A stretch of DNA of 53,126 bases from Eubacteriales bacterium (lineage in GTDB: Bacteria; Bacillota; Clostridia; Oscillospirales; CAG-272). The notes below the pieces were generated by a model, which saw nothing but the letters and a program-made list of their open reading frames with translations, was not told the origin of the DNA and searched no databases. The DNA is taken from positions 1 to 53,126 of the forward strand of contig JBJDZJ010000096.1 of NCBI GenBank assembly GCA_051867915.1, read 5' to 3'. Shown here piece after piece: positions 16,956-25,413 of the stretch. Position 1 is the stretch's first letter; every line of letters begins with the position of its first letter. The translations under genes were made by a program, and so were the position numbers.

Positions 16956-17267
16956 GCCCGAAACCGAATAATGCGGAAAAATAAGGCAATCCTTTGTCCG
17001 ACGGCAGATGATTGTGCAGTTTGCCGGACGAAGATTCTGATTTCATATGGTTTTGCTATGGAGGACCGCCCATTCGGGATCCATATCCTGTGTTATTGTG
17101 CAATTTGTCAAATACAGGTCCGACCGAAAAATCGTTTAACAAGCTGATTTTTGGTTGATTCATACAAAAACGCTCCACTATAATTGTACAAACCGCACAA
17201 CGGAATGACAAATTTCCGAACAAAAGTCGAGCAATACAGAGAATCGGAAAAATTTGTAAAAAGCCTA

Positions 17268-17296
17268 TTGACTTTTCAAAAAGGAGGTGCTATACT
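17268..17296 (+). promoter_or_regulatory. Promoter TTGACT-17 nt-TATACT
   Basis: -35 at 17268-17273, -10 at 17291-17296; about 90 nt upstream of ATG 17388. Confidence 0.55.
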
Positions 17297-17387
17297 ATGG
17301 GCGCAAACGAAAAGAGTCGGTCGGGTACGGTCGGCAGAACATGAATATCATCGTTTGACATTATGAAGAAAAGGAGATTTGAACAGT

Positions 17388-17624
17388 ATGATTTGCAACG
17401 GTAAATATCTTTACAAGATCAATCTTGTAACGGGAAGCGATGTGGCTGAATTCGTCAAGATTGCTTCGCACATTGACGGAAAGGTGTGGCTGGTCAGCGG
17501 CGACAAGAGACTGTCTGCGAAGAGCATTCTGGGTGTACACCTGGCGCGCATGGCTTGGAACGAGATCTATGTAGAATCCGAAAACGACTGCTTCTTTGAA
17601 CTCCGCAAGTTCATTGAGGACTGA
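17388..17624 (+). CDS. HPr-fold protein lacking the His15 phosphorylation site (Crh-like)
   Basis: '...SAKSILGVHLARM' aligns with the HPr Ser46 region (KSIMGVMSLG). Where HPr has 'GIHARPA' this protein has 'VTGSDVAE'. AAGGAGA Shine-Dalgarno 10 nt before ATG 17388. Confidence 0.6.
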   Translation: MICNGKYLYKINLVTGSDVAEFVKIASHIDGKVWLVSGDKRLSAKSILGVHLARMAWNEIYVESENDCFFELRKFIED

Positions 17625-17673
17625 AACGGTTCTCAGGATCTGAAAATCACGGACATAGGTCCGAATGGAATAG

Positions 17674-17707
17674 GAACGCACCCATCACGAGAGTGGTGGG
17701 TGCGTTC
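17674..17707. terminator. Bidirectional 15-bp hairpin between the convergent HPr-like and pepC genes
   Basis: GAACGCACCCATCAC (17674-17688) pairs with GTGGTGGGTGCGTTC (17693-17707). Confidence 0.6.
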
Positions 17708-17734
17708 GTTGTCACCGTATCGGGGCGGCGATGA

Positions 17735-19072
17735 TCAGTCGGCAAGACTGCCCATAGGATCCCAGGGGAGAAGAACGGTAGGCTCCTCCTCCAGAATCTG
17801 AACCTTATCGCCGAGATATTTCTTGTGAACAACCGCCTGGAAGACATAGCGGTCAAACCAGGAGTCGGATGCCATGTGATAGCCGCCGTTGGCGCCGTCG
17901 GATCCCCAGCTGTTCTCGATCTTCCAGCGATTGGGCTTGCCGTCCTCCACATTGACGCCGGTCAGAACCATGGCGTGATTCATCTGGGAGACATGATAGT
18001 CCAGAGACTCCTCCTTGGTCATGGTGAAGTCAAAGCCGACGAGTGCGGTGTAGTCGTAGGACTTGTCGTCCCATGCCTTCTTCTCGCCGTCGCCGCACTT
18101 GCCGCAGTCGGAGCCGAACCAGACGATTTCGCCGTCCTCCAGCTGTTTCTGAACCGCCGCCTTGAACTCGTTCATCTCAAGATTCAGATAGCGGATTTCC
18201 TTCGCGCCGGAGATGTTTCCGAGATAAGCGACCGTGTAGACCTTGTCGAAGGGCTTGTCCTTGGTGGGGGCGTTGATGATGGATACATAATCCTCCAGCA
18301 TGTCGCCGATCATTTCCTTGCGGAAGGACTCGGGGGTGTACCCCTTTTCCAGATGGTAGTTTCCGTCCTTGTCCACATACTCAAAATCGAATTCTTTGGG
18401 GGGCAGTGTATAGCATTCGCACAGGAAGGAGAAGGCCTTGTCCAGAGCTTCCTTCCGCTTGCTCTCGATTTCGTCTTCGGAAGCGCACGATGCGATCATC
18501 CGGCGCAGATCGCAGGCGACACGCTTTAAGTAACAATTCAGGAACTGATTCAGCTTGCCGGTGTTGGAGGACTGATATGTCTCGGGCATGGCGTCCTTGG
18601 GAACGATACCGTATTTGCGGACGATGTTTACAAACATATCCCACTGACCGCCGTCATGAACGCCGGTCTGGAGGATGAAGTCCACCGTGCGGTCACCGTC
18701 CGGAAGGGAAGCAGTGTCGATGATGGAATCCAGAAAGTAGTTGACCCGTTCGAATTTGTCCCAGAATGCCAGATAGGACTGGGAAAGTTCGAATTTGTCC
18801 AGATTCTTTTTCTTTGCGACGATTTCCCGCAGAACATTGGTTGCGGCGAACAGCCAGCAGCGTCCCGAGGATTTCTGATTGGTGGCAGACATGGTCTTGT
18901 TGTCTACCGAGAAGCGAAACTGCATTTTCTTCGCCTCAACGGGATTGAATGCCAGCTCGGACAGATTGGTTTTGGCGAAGACATGAGTCATCGCCTGCTT
19001 GTGGGGGCAGGAAGTGTAAGACGCCTCGAATCCGCCGAGGGCGTCGGGCGTGATCGGTTTTTGATTTTTCAT
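17735..19072 (-). CDS. pepC: Aminopeptidase C (papain-family C1 cysteine peptidase, bleomycin-hydrolase type)
   Basis: Active-site block 'QKSSGRCWLFAATNVLRE' and C-terminal 'WKIENSWG...GYHMASDSWFDRYVFQAVV'. Start at ATG 19072 (MKNQKPITP), with AAGGAG 8 nt upstream. Confidence 0.9.
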   Translation of the reverse strand: MKNQKPITPDALGGFEASYTSCPHKQAMTHVFAKTNLSELAFNPVEAKKMQFRFSVDNKTMSATNQKSSGRCWLFAATNVLREIVAKKKNLDKFELSQSYLAFWDKFERVNYFLDSIIDTASLPDGDRTVDFILQTGVHDGGQWDMFVNIVRKYGIVPKDAMPETYQSSNTGKLNQFLNCYLKRVACDLRRMIASCASEDEIESKRKEALDKAFSFLCECYTLPPKEFDFEYVDKDGNYHLEKGYTPESFRKEMIGDMLEDYVSIINAPTKDKPFDKVYTVAYLGNISGAKEIRYLNLEMNEFKAAVQKQLEDGEIVWFGSDCGKCGDGEKKAWDDKSYDYTALVGFDFTMTKEESLDYHVSQMNHAMVLTGVNVEDGKPNRWKIENSWGSDGANGGYHMASDSWFDRYVFQAVVHKKYLGDKVQILEEEPTVLLPWDPMGSLAD

Positions 19073-19198
19073 GGTACAGACTCCTTTCAATTGGAAACGG
19101 ATGGCTATATTATAGATCATTTTTTTCCATCTGTAAAGCACTTTTTCCAAAATAATCGACAAATTTTTCAGAAAACTTCAAAACCGAAGAAATTTTGC

Positions 19199-19227
19199 TT
19201 GACAAACCGAAAAAACCGATATACAAT
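19199..19227 (+). promoter_or_regulatory. Promoter TTGACA-17 nt-TACAAT
   Basis: -35 at 19199-19204, -10 at 19222-19227; 50 nt upstream of ATG 19277. Confidence 0.6.
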
Positions 19228-19276
19228 AGATTTGCAATACCTGCCGCATCTGCGGCGGGAAAACAGGAGGAAATTT

Positions 19277-20245
19277 ATGATCCGTGTTGCATTGATCAGT
19301 GCATGGCATGTTCATGCCGGCGAATATTTCAACCGCATCAACCGTAATCCCGAAGCGAAAATCACCGCAGTCTGGGACGAGAACCCTCAGAGGGGAAAAG
19401 AATGGGCGGAAAAGGGAGACGCCGTCTTCTATGAGGACTACGATGCCCTGCTTGCCGATCCGTCCATCGACGCTGTGGTTATCACCTCTCCCACCAATCT
19501 TCACCCCGATCTGATGATAAAGGCGGCAAGGGCGGGCAAGCATATCTTTACCGAAAAGGTCCTGGCCATCCATCCCGAAGACGCCCGTGAGATTGCGAAA
19601 GCCGTAAAGGAATCGGGCGTACACTTTACCATCTGCTTCCCCCATGAAGCCGAACGGCAGTTTCTGGCAATCCGTCAGATCATCGACTCGGGAAAGCTGG
19701 GCAAGATCACCTATGCCAAGTTCCGTAAGGCGCATACCGGTTCCATTGATAACTGGCTGCCCCCTCATTTTTACGATAAAGAAATGTGCGGCGGCGGTGC
19801 CATGATGGATCTGGGCGCTCATCCCATGTACCTGTTGCCCTGGATTCTGGGCAAGCCCCTGAGCGTTTCCTCCGCTTTCACCGCCATGACCAATCGGGGA
19901 GTCGAGGACAACGCCGTGTCGGTCATCGAATTCGAGGGCGGCGCCATCGGCGTATCCGAAACCGGGTTTGTCTCCTGGGGCAATCCGCTTGTCTTCGAGA
20001 TCAGCGGAACCGACGGCTGGCTTTTGATGACCGACGGAGAGTTGAAATATCACACCCGGACTTCGGGCGGCTGGATTCTCCCCGATCTTCCGAATCCCGG
20101 AAAGCATCCCATCGACTACTTCGTGGACAGCGTGGTGAAGGACACCCCCAACACCCTGTATACCGTCGACGAGGCAGTGGCACTGACCGATCTCATGGCA
20201 GCGGCTTACCGTTCGGCTGAAAAGGGAACACGGGAAAGCGTTTGA
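19277..20245 (+). CDS. Gfo/Idh/MocA-family NAD(P)-dependent oxidoreductase
   Basis: Part of ORF 18656..20245. Start at 'MIRVALISAWHVHAGEY', with AGGAGG 7 nt upstream. 'DAVVITSPTNLHPDLMIKAARAGKHIFTEKV' is the typical Rossmann / EKP-like block. Confidence 0.85.
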   Translation: MIRVALISAWHVHAGEYFNRINRNPEAKITAVWDENPQRGKEWAEKGDAVFYEDYDALLADPSIDAVVITSPTNLHPDLMIKAARAGKHIFTEKVLAIHPEDAREIAKAVKESGVHFTICFPHEAERQFLAIRQIIDSGKLGKITYAKFRKAHTGSIDNWLPPHFYDKEMCGGGAMMDLGAHPMYLLPWILGKPLSVSSAFTAMTNRGVEDNAVSVIEFEGGAIGVSETGFVSWGNPLVFEISGTDGWLLMTDGELKYHTRTSGGWILPDLPNPGKHPIDYFVDSVVKDTPNTLYTVDEAVALTDLMAAAYRSAEKGTRESV

Positions 20246-20329
20246 TGCAGCTTTACCAATATTGTGCATAATGCACAAAAATAACCGTTGATTTTGTACG
20301 GTCGTCAGACAAAAAGTTGAAAAAAACTC

Positions 20330-20358
20330 TTGACTTTCGGAAAAAGATGAGTTATAAT
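20330..20358 (+). promoter_or_regulatory. Orphan near-consensus promoter TTGACT-17 nt-TATAAT
   Basis: -35 at 20330-20335, -10 at 20353-20358. No plus-strand CDS follows before the hairpins at 20447-20477 and 20531-20563. Confidence 0.45.
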
Positions 20359-20530
20359 AAGAGCGTAAGAAGGTTCAATCGAACCGACGGCGGGAGTTTT
20401 TTTCATTTTCCTCCCTCCGCTCCTTTCATTTTCTTTCCTTTCCGGACATCCCCCTGCGGCACACGCAGGGGGATGTTTGGAGTTGTTGGGGGGATTCTGT
20501 TCATCCATTATATTGTAGCTTTTATAGAAT

Positions 20531-20563
20531 ATCAGGGGGACTTTTTCGAAAAGTCCCCCTGAT
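20531..20563. terminator. Perfect 15-bp palindromic hairpin downstream of cotH-1
   Basis: ATCAGGGGGACTTTT-TCG-AAAAGTCCCCCTGAT, located 20 nt from the stop at 20583. Confidence 0.65.
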
Positions 20564-20582
20564 TTATCTTATCTTTACTTTG

Positions 20583-23189
20583 TTATTTTGCAGTCAGTGA
20601 CGGTCGATTGTTCACCACGACCCATTTGCAAAGATCGGATGCCGACAGGTATGCCTCTGATGCCACATTGGACAGACTGCTGTTCAGCCCGTCAACTGCC
20701 GTCTGTGCGCCGGCCTTCGTGTCGGCAACGGCGGTTTCCTCCCGGGACAGCGACACATTGGCGGTGCTGTTCGCGATCCCCTCGGCGTAAAAATTACTGA
20801 TGAAGATTCCGTCACGCCCGGAATACCAGACATTGATGGGACCGGTTTGATTGGGAGAGGACAGACTGCCTCCGAAGTAGCATCCCGAGATCACGGCTCC
20901 CACCTGATTGGATGCTGTGATTCCTCCGGCATTGCTGCCGGTGGAGGTGACATCCACGAAGGAGATGCAGTTGACCAGAGCTCCGCCCGAACGGACGCTC
21001 CGGCAGAGCCCGGCGGCGATTCCGCTGTTCACAACCGTTCCCTTGGCGATCACATTGTAGACCTTGCCCGTCAGATAGGGGAAGATGCTGTTGTCGCCGC
21101 TTTCAATCTGAACCGTGATGCTGTGACCGCCTCCGTCATAACTGCCCGCAAAGGTGCAGGAGGAACCCATACCGGAGTATCCCTTGACCCCGATCATGTT
21201 GATGTCGGCGGTCTGGACAAAATATTTGCCGATAAAGGTCTGACCGGATAGAACGCAGGCGGTGAAATTCAGGAAGTCGGCGGAAGAGGTAACCTTGTAA
21301 GGGTCTTTGGCCGTTCCGCTACCCGAAAGGGTCAGTTCGCCGGTAAAGGAGAAGGTCGGTGCATTCCAGTATTCGTCCAGCCATTCGATGCGGTTCGCCA
21401 TCCAGTTGGCGTAGTATTCGTAATGCTCTTTGTAGGATTTCAGTGCGCGGATGACGGCGGTTTCACGGTTGATCTTCTGACCGAAGATGGGCCAACGCTC
21501 GAAGTTGCGGCAGTAGGAGTTGTATCCGGCTTGTGCCTGGGTTCGGATCATGTCGGGGATCGTGTCGATCTGTCCCTTCAGCTCGTTCCAACGGGCGGTG
21601 AGCTTTGCTTTGAACCATCCGTACTGCAAAAAGGTCTTGAACCAGCTGTTGGTAATGCCGCCTCTGAGGTCGTAGTAGTTTTCACAGCCCTCGTCAGCAT
21701 TTCCACCCGACTGGTCAAAGTCCCATATGGGACCGAAGACCAACTTGCCGCCTATGTCCTTGTACATATAGAAGGAATCCCATCCGGCGTCCAGATTCTT
21801 GAACAGCTCTTCCACCAGATAGGTGTCGATGACCGAATCAATATCGATCAGCTGTTCAATCGTCGTCTGATCGCCGCCTTGGACGGCATACCAGCATTGC
21901 CACAGATACTCTTCTATGTATGCGTACTGTCGGTAGAACAAATCGGTGTTGGTGGAAAGATCGGAGATGATCTGGTACTTGGTTCCGCTGACTACGAAGT
22001 AGGGATCCTCCGCATAGCCCGAAAGTTCGATGAGATAGCCTCTTTGATCGGGTTCTGCCTCGATGTCGTCATTGATGTTGACACGGTACTTGTTGACCTG
22101 ATTCTGTTCGCAAAGCAGGAAGACACCCCGATATTCGCCGTTGAGGTAAACCTCCACGCTTCTTGCGGCGGAATTCCATGCGATGCCCGACAGACTTCTG
22201 GCAAAATTCAGTGTGGTGTAGTTGCGCAGCAGTGCCTGATCGCAGTGATCGGCAAGCAGCGTCCAGATTTTGCACTTTCCGTTGCCCTCGCCCAGCAGGT
22301 TCTGCTTTTCGGAAAGTTTAATCTTGTAGGGGACCTTGCCGTTCGGAGCCTGAGAGCTCCAGGTATAGTTGCCCCGTCCCCGGATCTCCATGGCGAGATT
22401 GTCGATCAGATACTGATCCTCGGTATTCAGAACCGAGATGGTGCCCTCGATGTAGACTTCCTTGGAGGTGATGGCGGCACCGTTTTTGGTGGTCAGATAG
22501 AGGATGGGCAGTTCCAGTGCGTCGATTTCAAAATTGGCGACCAGGTTCTGATTTTCGGCAAAAGACTCGCTGCTACGGGTGGCAGTCATCACGCCGTCGC
22601 TCCATCCTGTAAACTTGTAGCCCAGATTGGGGGTGGCGGTCACCGTGGTGGTCTTGGTCTGCCCGTATCGGATGGTCTGGTTGAGTGAGCCCGACAGCGA
22701 TCCCCAAAGGGAATTGTTGACGCTGTATTTGACCGTGATCGCCGTTCCGACGGCAGGCGTTGGATCGTTGGGCTTCTCGGTTGTAACGGCAGGCGTGGTG
22801 ACCGTTACTTTTGTCGTGGTCACTGTGGTTGTCGTTACCGTGGTGGTCGTTGCCGCGGGTGAGGTTGAAGACGGCGAAGTGGATGTCGGAGTTGTCACCG
22901 ATGGGTTCGTTGTCGTGGTTGGCGTGGGATCGGTCTGCGGAGTGGAGGCGGTGGTTGAAGGATTGGTTGGTTTTGCTGTTTGATCCGTGCTTTCGGATGT
23001 CTGAACGGCGGGATCCGTCGTCATTATGGGGACGGTGCCGCTAGTGGAGGGCTTTTGACTGTCCGTTTGGACGGCAGTCAGTGTGGTGTGATTCTCAGTG
23101 TCGGCAGGATCTTTCGGCGAACATCCGATAAGAGCGACCGACAGAAGAAGTCCCAGCCCCAGGGTAATCGGAAAATGAAGTCGTTTCAT
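20583..23189 (-). CDS. CotH-family (atypical kinase fold) lipoprotein with Listeria-Bacteroides-type repeat and C-terminal GLUG-like domain (paralog 1)
   Basis: Lipobox 'VALIGCS' and a Thr/Pro-rich linker. 'TATPNLGYKFTGWSDG' is a List-Bact repeat. CotH blocks: 'MEIRGRGNYTWS', 'KVPYKIKLSEKQNLLG', 'WTLLADHCDQALLRNY', 'VEVYLNGEYRGVFLLCEQ', 'FGPIWDFDQSGGN'. C-terminal 'GSGTAKDPYKVTSSADFLNF...FAGSYDGGGHSITV...NAGGITAS'. Confidence 0.8.
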   Translation of the reverse strand: MKRLHFPITLGLGLLLSVALIGCSPKDPADTENHTTLTAVQTDSQKPSTSGTVPIMTTDPAVQTSESTDQTAKPTNPSTTASTPQTDPTPTTTTNPSVTTPTSTSPSSTSPAATTTTVTTTTVTTTKVTVTTPAVTTEKPNDPTPAVGTAITVKYSVNNSLWGSLSGSLNQTIRYGQTKTTTVTATPNLGYKFTGWSDGVMTATRSSESFAENQNLVANFEIDALELPILYLTTKNGAAITSKEVYIEGTISVLNTEDQYLIDNLAMEIRGRGNYTWSSQAPNGKVPYKIKLSEKQNLLGEGNGKCKIWTLLADHCDQALLRNYTTLNFARSLSGIAWNSAARSVEVYLNGEYRGVFLLCEQNQVNKYRVNINDDIEAEPDQRGYLIELSGYAEDPYFVVSGTKYQIISDLSTNTDLFYRQYAYIEEYLWQCWYAVQGGDQTTIEQLIDIDSVIDTYLVEELFKNLDAGWDSFYMYKDIGGKLVFGPIWDFDQSGGNADEGCENYYDLRGGITNSWFKTFLQYGWFKAKLTARWNELKGQIDTIPDMIRTQAQAGYNSYCRNFERWPIFGQKINRETAVIRALKSYKEHYEYYANWMANRIEWLDEYWNAPTFSFTGELTLSGSGTAKDPYKVTSSADFLNFTACVLSGQTFIGKYFVQTADINMIGVKGYSGMGSSCTFAGSYDGGGHSITVQIESGDNSIFPYLTGKVYNVIAKGTVVNSGIAAGLCRSVRSGGALVNCISFVDVTSTGSNAGGITASNQVGAVISGCYFGGSLSSPNQTGPINVWYSGRDGIFISNFYAEGIANSTANVSLSREETAVADTKAGAQTAVDGLNSSLSNVASEAYLSASDLCKWVVVNNRPSLTAK

Positions 23190-23315
23190 CTTTTAACCGA
23201 GCCTTTCTGTGTACGGAAGTAAAGTTGATGTTTTCTTGTCTTCATTTTATCATGCTTATATGAACTTTTCATGAATGATCGAAAAGATTTGGATGAATCC
23301 GCTCGGATTTTCTCT

Positions 23316-23681
23316 TTATTTTGCCACAATCCCGGCTCCGAAGGGCATGATGGCAAGCTTGGCGAATTTCAGGAACTGGATGCCGAAGGGAATGCCCACT
23401 ATGGTGACGCACAAGGCGATTCCGATGAGGAAGGATGCGGCGGCAAGCTCCCATCCGAATATCAAAATCCACAAAATATTCAGAAGCAGACTGCCCGTTC
23501 TTCCGCCGTATATGACGGTGCGACCGAAGGGCCACAGAACAAAGCCTGCAAATTTCATGCACTGTACGCCTGCCGGGATTCCCACGACGGTGATACAGCA
23601 GAGAATTCCGGCAATAAACCAAAGAACGGCCAAAAGAAAGCCGCCGAAGATCAGCCAGAGGAGGTTCCCGATGGTTCTCAT
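23316..23681 (-). CDS. yccF: YccF-domain inner-membrane protein (DUF307)
   Basis: 'GNLLWLIFGGFLLAVLWFIAGILCCITVVGIPAGVQCMKFAGFVLWPFGR', repeated as '...LWILIFGWELAAASFLIGIALCVTIVGIPFGIQFLKFAKLAIMPFG'. Confidence 0.85.
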   Translation of the reverse strand: MRTIGNLLWLIFGGFLLAVLWFIAGILCCITVVGIPAGVQCMKFAGFVLWPFGRTVIYGGRTGSLLLNILWILIFGWELAAASFLIGIALCVTIVGIPFGIQFLKFAKLAIMPFGAGIVAK

Positions 23682-23716
23682 ATGTTTCCTGCCTTTCGTT
23701 TCATGTATTTGCCTTT

Positions 23717-25051
23717 TCAGGCCTGCTCGGGAGCATATTTTTTCAGATACCCGCTGACGGTGGAGTTTTTGGAAAAACGGACGGTGCGTAGGGACTCGCC
23801 CCAGTACTTCAGAATGTTCTCATAGGAGTCGTTTGCCAGATCGGGGGCTTTGATGTCGGCACTGTACAGTCCCCAGTTTCCGAGATTGCCCCGTCCGACC
23901 TTGTAGGTCCACATGGTCCGGGAGATTCCCGCTTCACTGTATGCCTTGTAGGCGTATTCCTGATTCTCGTCCCCGTTGTTGAACTCGCCCACATAAACGG
24001 CGACCCTGTACTTTTTCTGAACTTTTTTCAGCTCGGCAATCCGATAATCAATCATGAATTTCGAAGTATCGTAGAGGTGAAGCTGGTAGAGCATGTTTTC
24101 CCATCCGTAGTCGGCGGGATCGGGAAGGCAGTCGGTAGACCAGATTCCCTCCACCGAGATCACATGAGCGGAATCCACCTTTCGGATCGCCTGATAGAGC
24201 AGATCGTAGACTTCGTTCGTCAACCGAATCGCCTCGGCGGAGCCTGCCGACGGAGCATCCCCGTCGTTGTTCATGGGCTCGTTCAGAAGATCGTATGCGG
24301 CGACGGCACTGCGGTCTTTGTAGCGCTCGGCAATGGCGGTCCACAGACGGACCGTTGCATCTTTGGCATTTTGGTCGGTGTACAGATCGCATCTGCCGAC
24401 AGAGCCGCAACAGTGATTGGTGGACTGACCGCCGGGTGCACCGTGCAGATCGAGAATCACATAGACGCCGTACTGCTCGCACCAGTCAAGCAGACGGTCG
24501 ATGATCCGGAATCCCGGGATTTCATCGGGATTCTCCGATATGAAACTGCCGTCTTCCTTCATGAAATTGCGGTACCAGAAGGGAAGGCGGACGCAGTTGC
24601 AATCCAGTGCGGCGATTTTTTTGATGTCGTCCTCACGGATATAGTTGTCGGTATAGCTTTCAAAAAGTGCCGCCGCCTTTTCGCTTCCGAATCTCGATTC
24701 CAGAAGGGTCCAGGAGTCCAGATTGCAGTCCGATCCGTTTACCGGACACATCCAGCTTTCCTGGATCATCCATCCGCCCAGATTGACCCCGTGAAGGACG
24801 ACAACCCTGCCGTCTTCGTCGGTCAGCTCGCCGTTTTGAACCCGAAGGAAGGAAAGCAATGCGCCATCGGACTCGGGGGGAAGGGAATTGTTCTCCCCGT
24901 TATCGGCACTGCTGTCGCTGGTGCTGACGGCGCCGTCGCGGTCCGATTCCCGAGATTCGCTTTCGGCGTCCGGTCCCTCCGGTCTGCCCGTACAGCTTGT
25001 CAGAAGCATGGTCAGCGCCATAAGACAGGTGAAGACTCTTTTGGTTTTCAT
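23717..25051 (-). CDS. Glycoside hydrolase family 5 lipoprotein
   Basis: Lipobox 'LLTSCTG'. 'VNLGGWMIQESWM'. Acid/base motif 'AAYDLLNEPMN' and nucleophile motif 'VAVYVGEFNNG'. Confidence 0.85.
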   Translation of the reverse strand: MKTKRVFTCLMALTMLLTSCTGRPEGPDAESESRESDRDGAVSTSDSSADNGENNSLPPESDGALLSFLRVQNGELTDEDGRVVVLHGVNLGGWMIQESWMCPVNGSDCNLDSWTLLESRFGSEKAAALFESYTDNYIREDDIKKIAALDCNCVRLPFWYRNFMKEDGSFISENPDEIPGFRIIDRLLDWCEQYGVYVILDLHGAPGGQSTNHCCGSVGRCDLYTDQNAKDATVRLWTAIAERYKDRSAVAAYDLLNEPMNNDGDAPSAGSAEAIRLTNEVYDLLYQAIRKVDSAHVISVEGIWSTDCLPDPADYGWENMLYQLHLYDTSKFMIDYRIAELKKVQKKYRVAVYVGEFNNGDENQEYAYKAYSEAGISRTMWTYKVGRGNLGNWGLYSADIKAPDLANDSYENILKYWGESLRTVRFSKNSTVSGYLKKYAPEQA

Positions 25052-25413
25052 GTCAAAACCTCCCGTATATCAAAATGGAATACCGTCTGCATTTTCCCGT
25101 GTCCGGGCTATTGTCATTTTCTTCATGCGGCTATTTTACCACGAATCCTACCCTATGTCAAGTCCCAAACCTGTTTTTGGTGTATGTACACAAAATTCAT
25201 GTAAAAAAATTGTTAAATCTGCCATATCCGAATGATGGAAAAATTCATAAATATATGGTAAAATAGTTACATGAAATCATTCATACGCGGACATATCGAA
25301 GACTGTCAGAAAATCCGTTTCGACGGCTTGCGCCGACGCTTTGCAAAGCAAAGGCGTCGGATTTTCCGATGCTTCGGATATGGCAAATTTTTTGAATTAT
25401 TGGAGATTGAAAC

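Noticed and set aside
17283-17345. A 15-codon leader ORF (MGANEKSRSGTVGRT) with AAGGAGG 9 nt upstream, ahead of the HPr-like gene.
   Set aside because: The apparent Shine-Dalgarno lies inside the 17-nt spacer of the TTGACT/TATACT promoter, and the ATG overlaps the -10. If that promoter is real, these bases are not in the mRNA. There is no independent support.
20366-20400. A tRNA-like T-arm look-alike, GGTTCAATCGAACC, downstream of the orphan promoter.
   Set aside because: There is no acceptor stem, D-arm or anticodon arm around it. The flanking bases do not give a 5-bp T-stem with a 7-nt loop. I judged it a chance hairpin.
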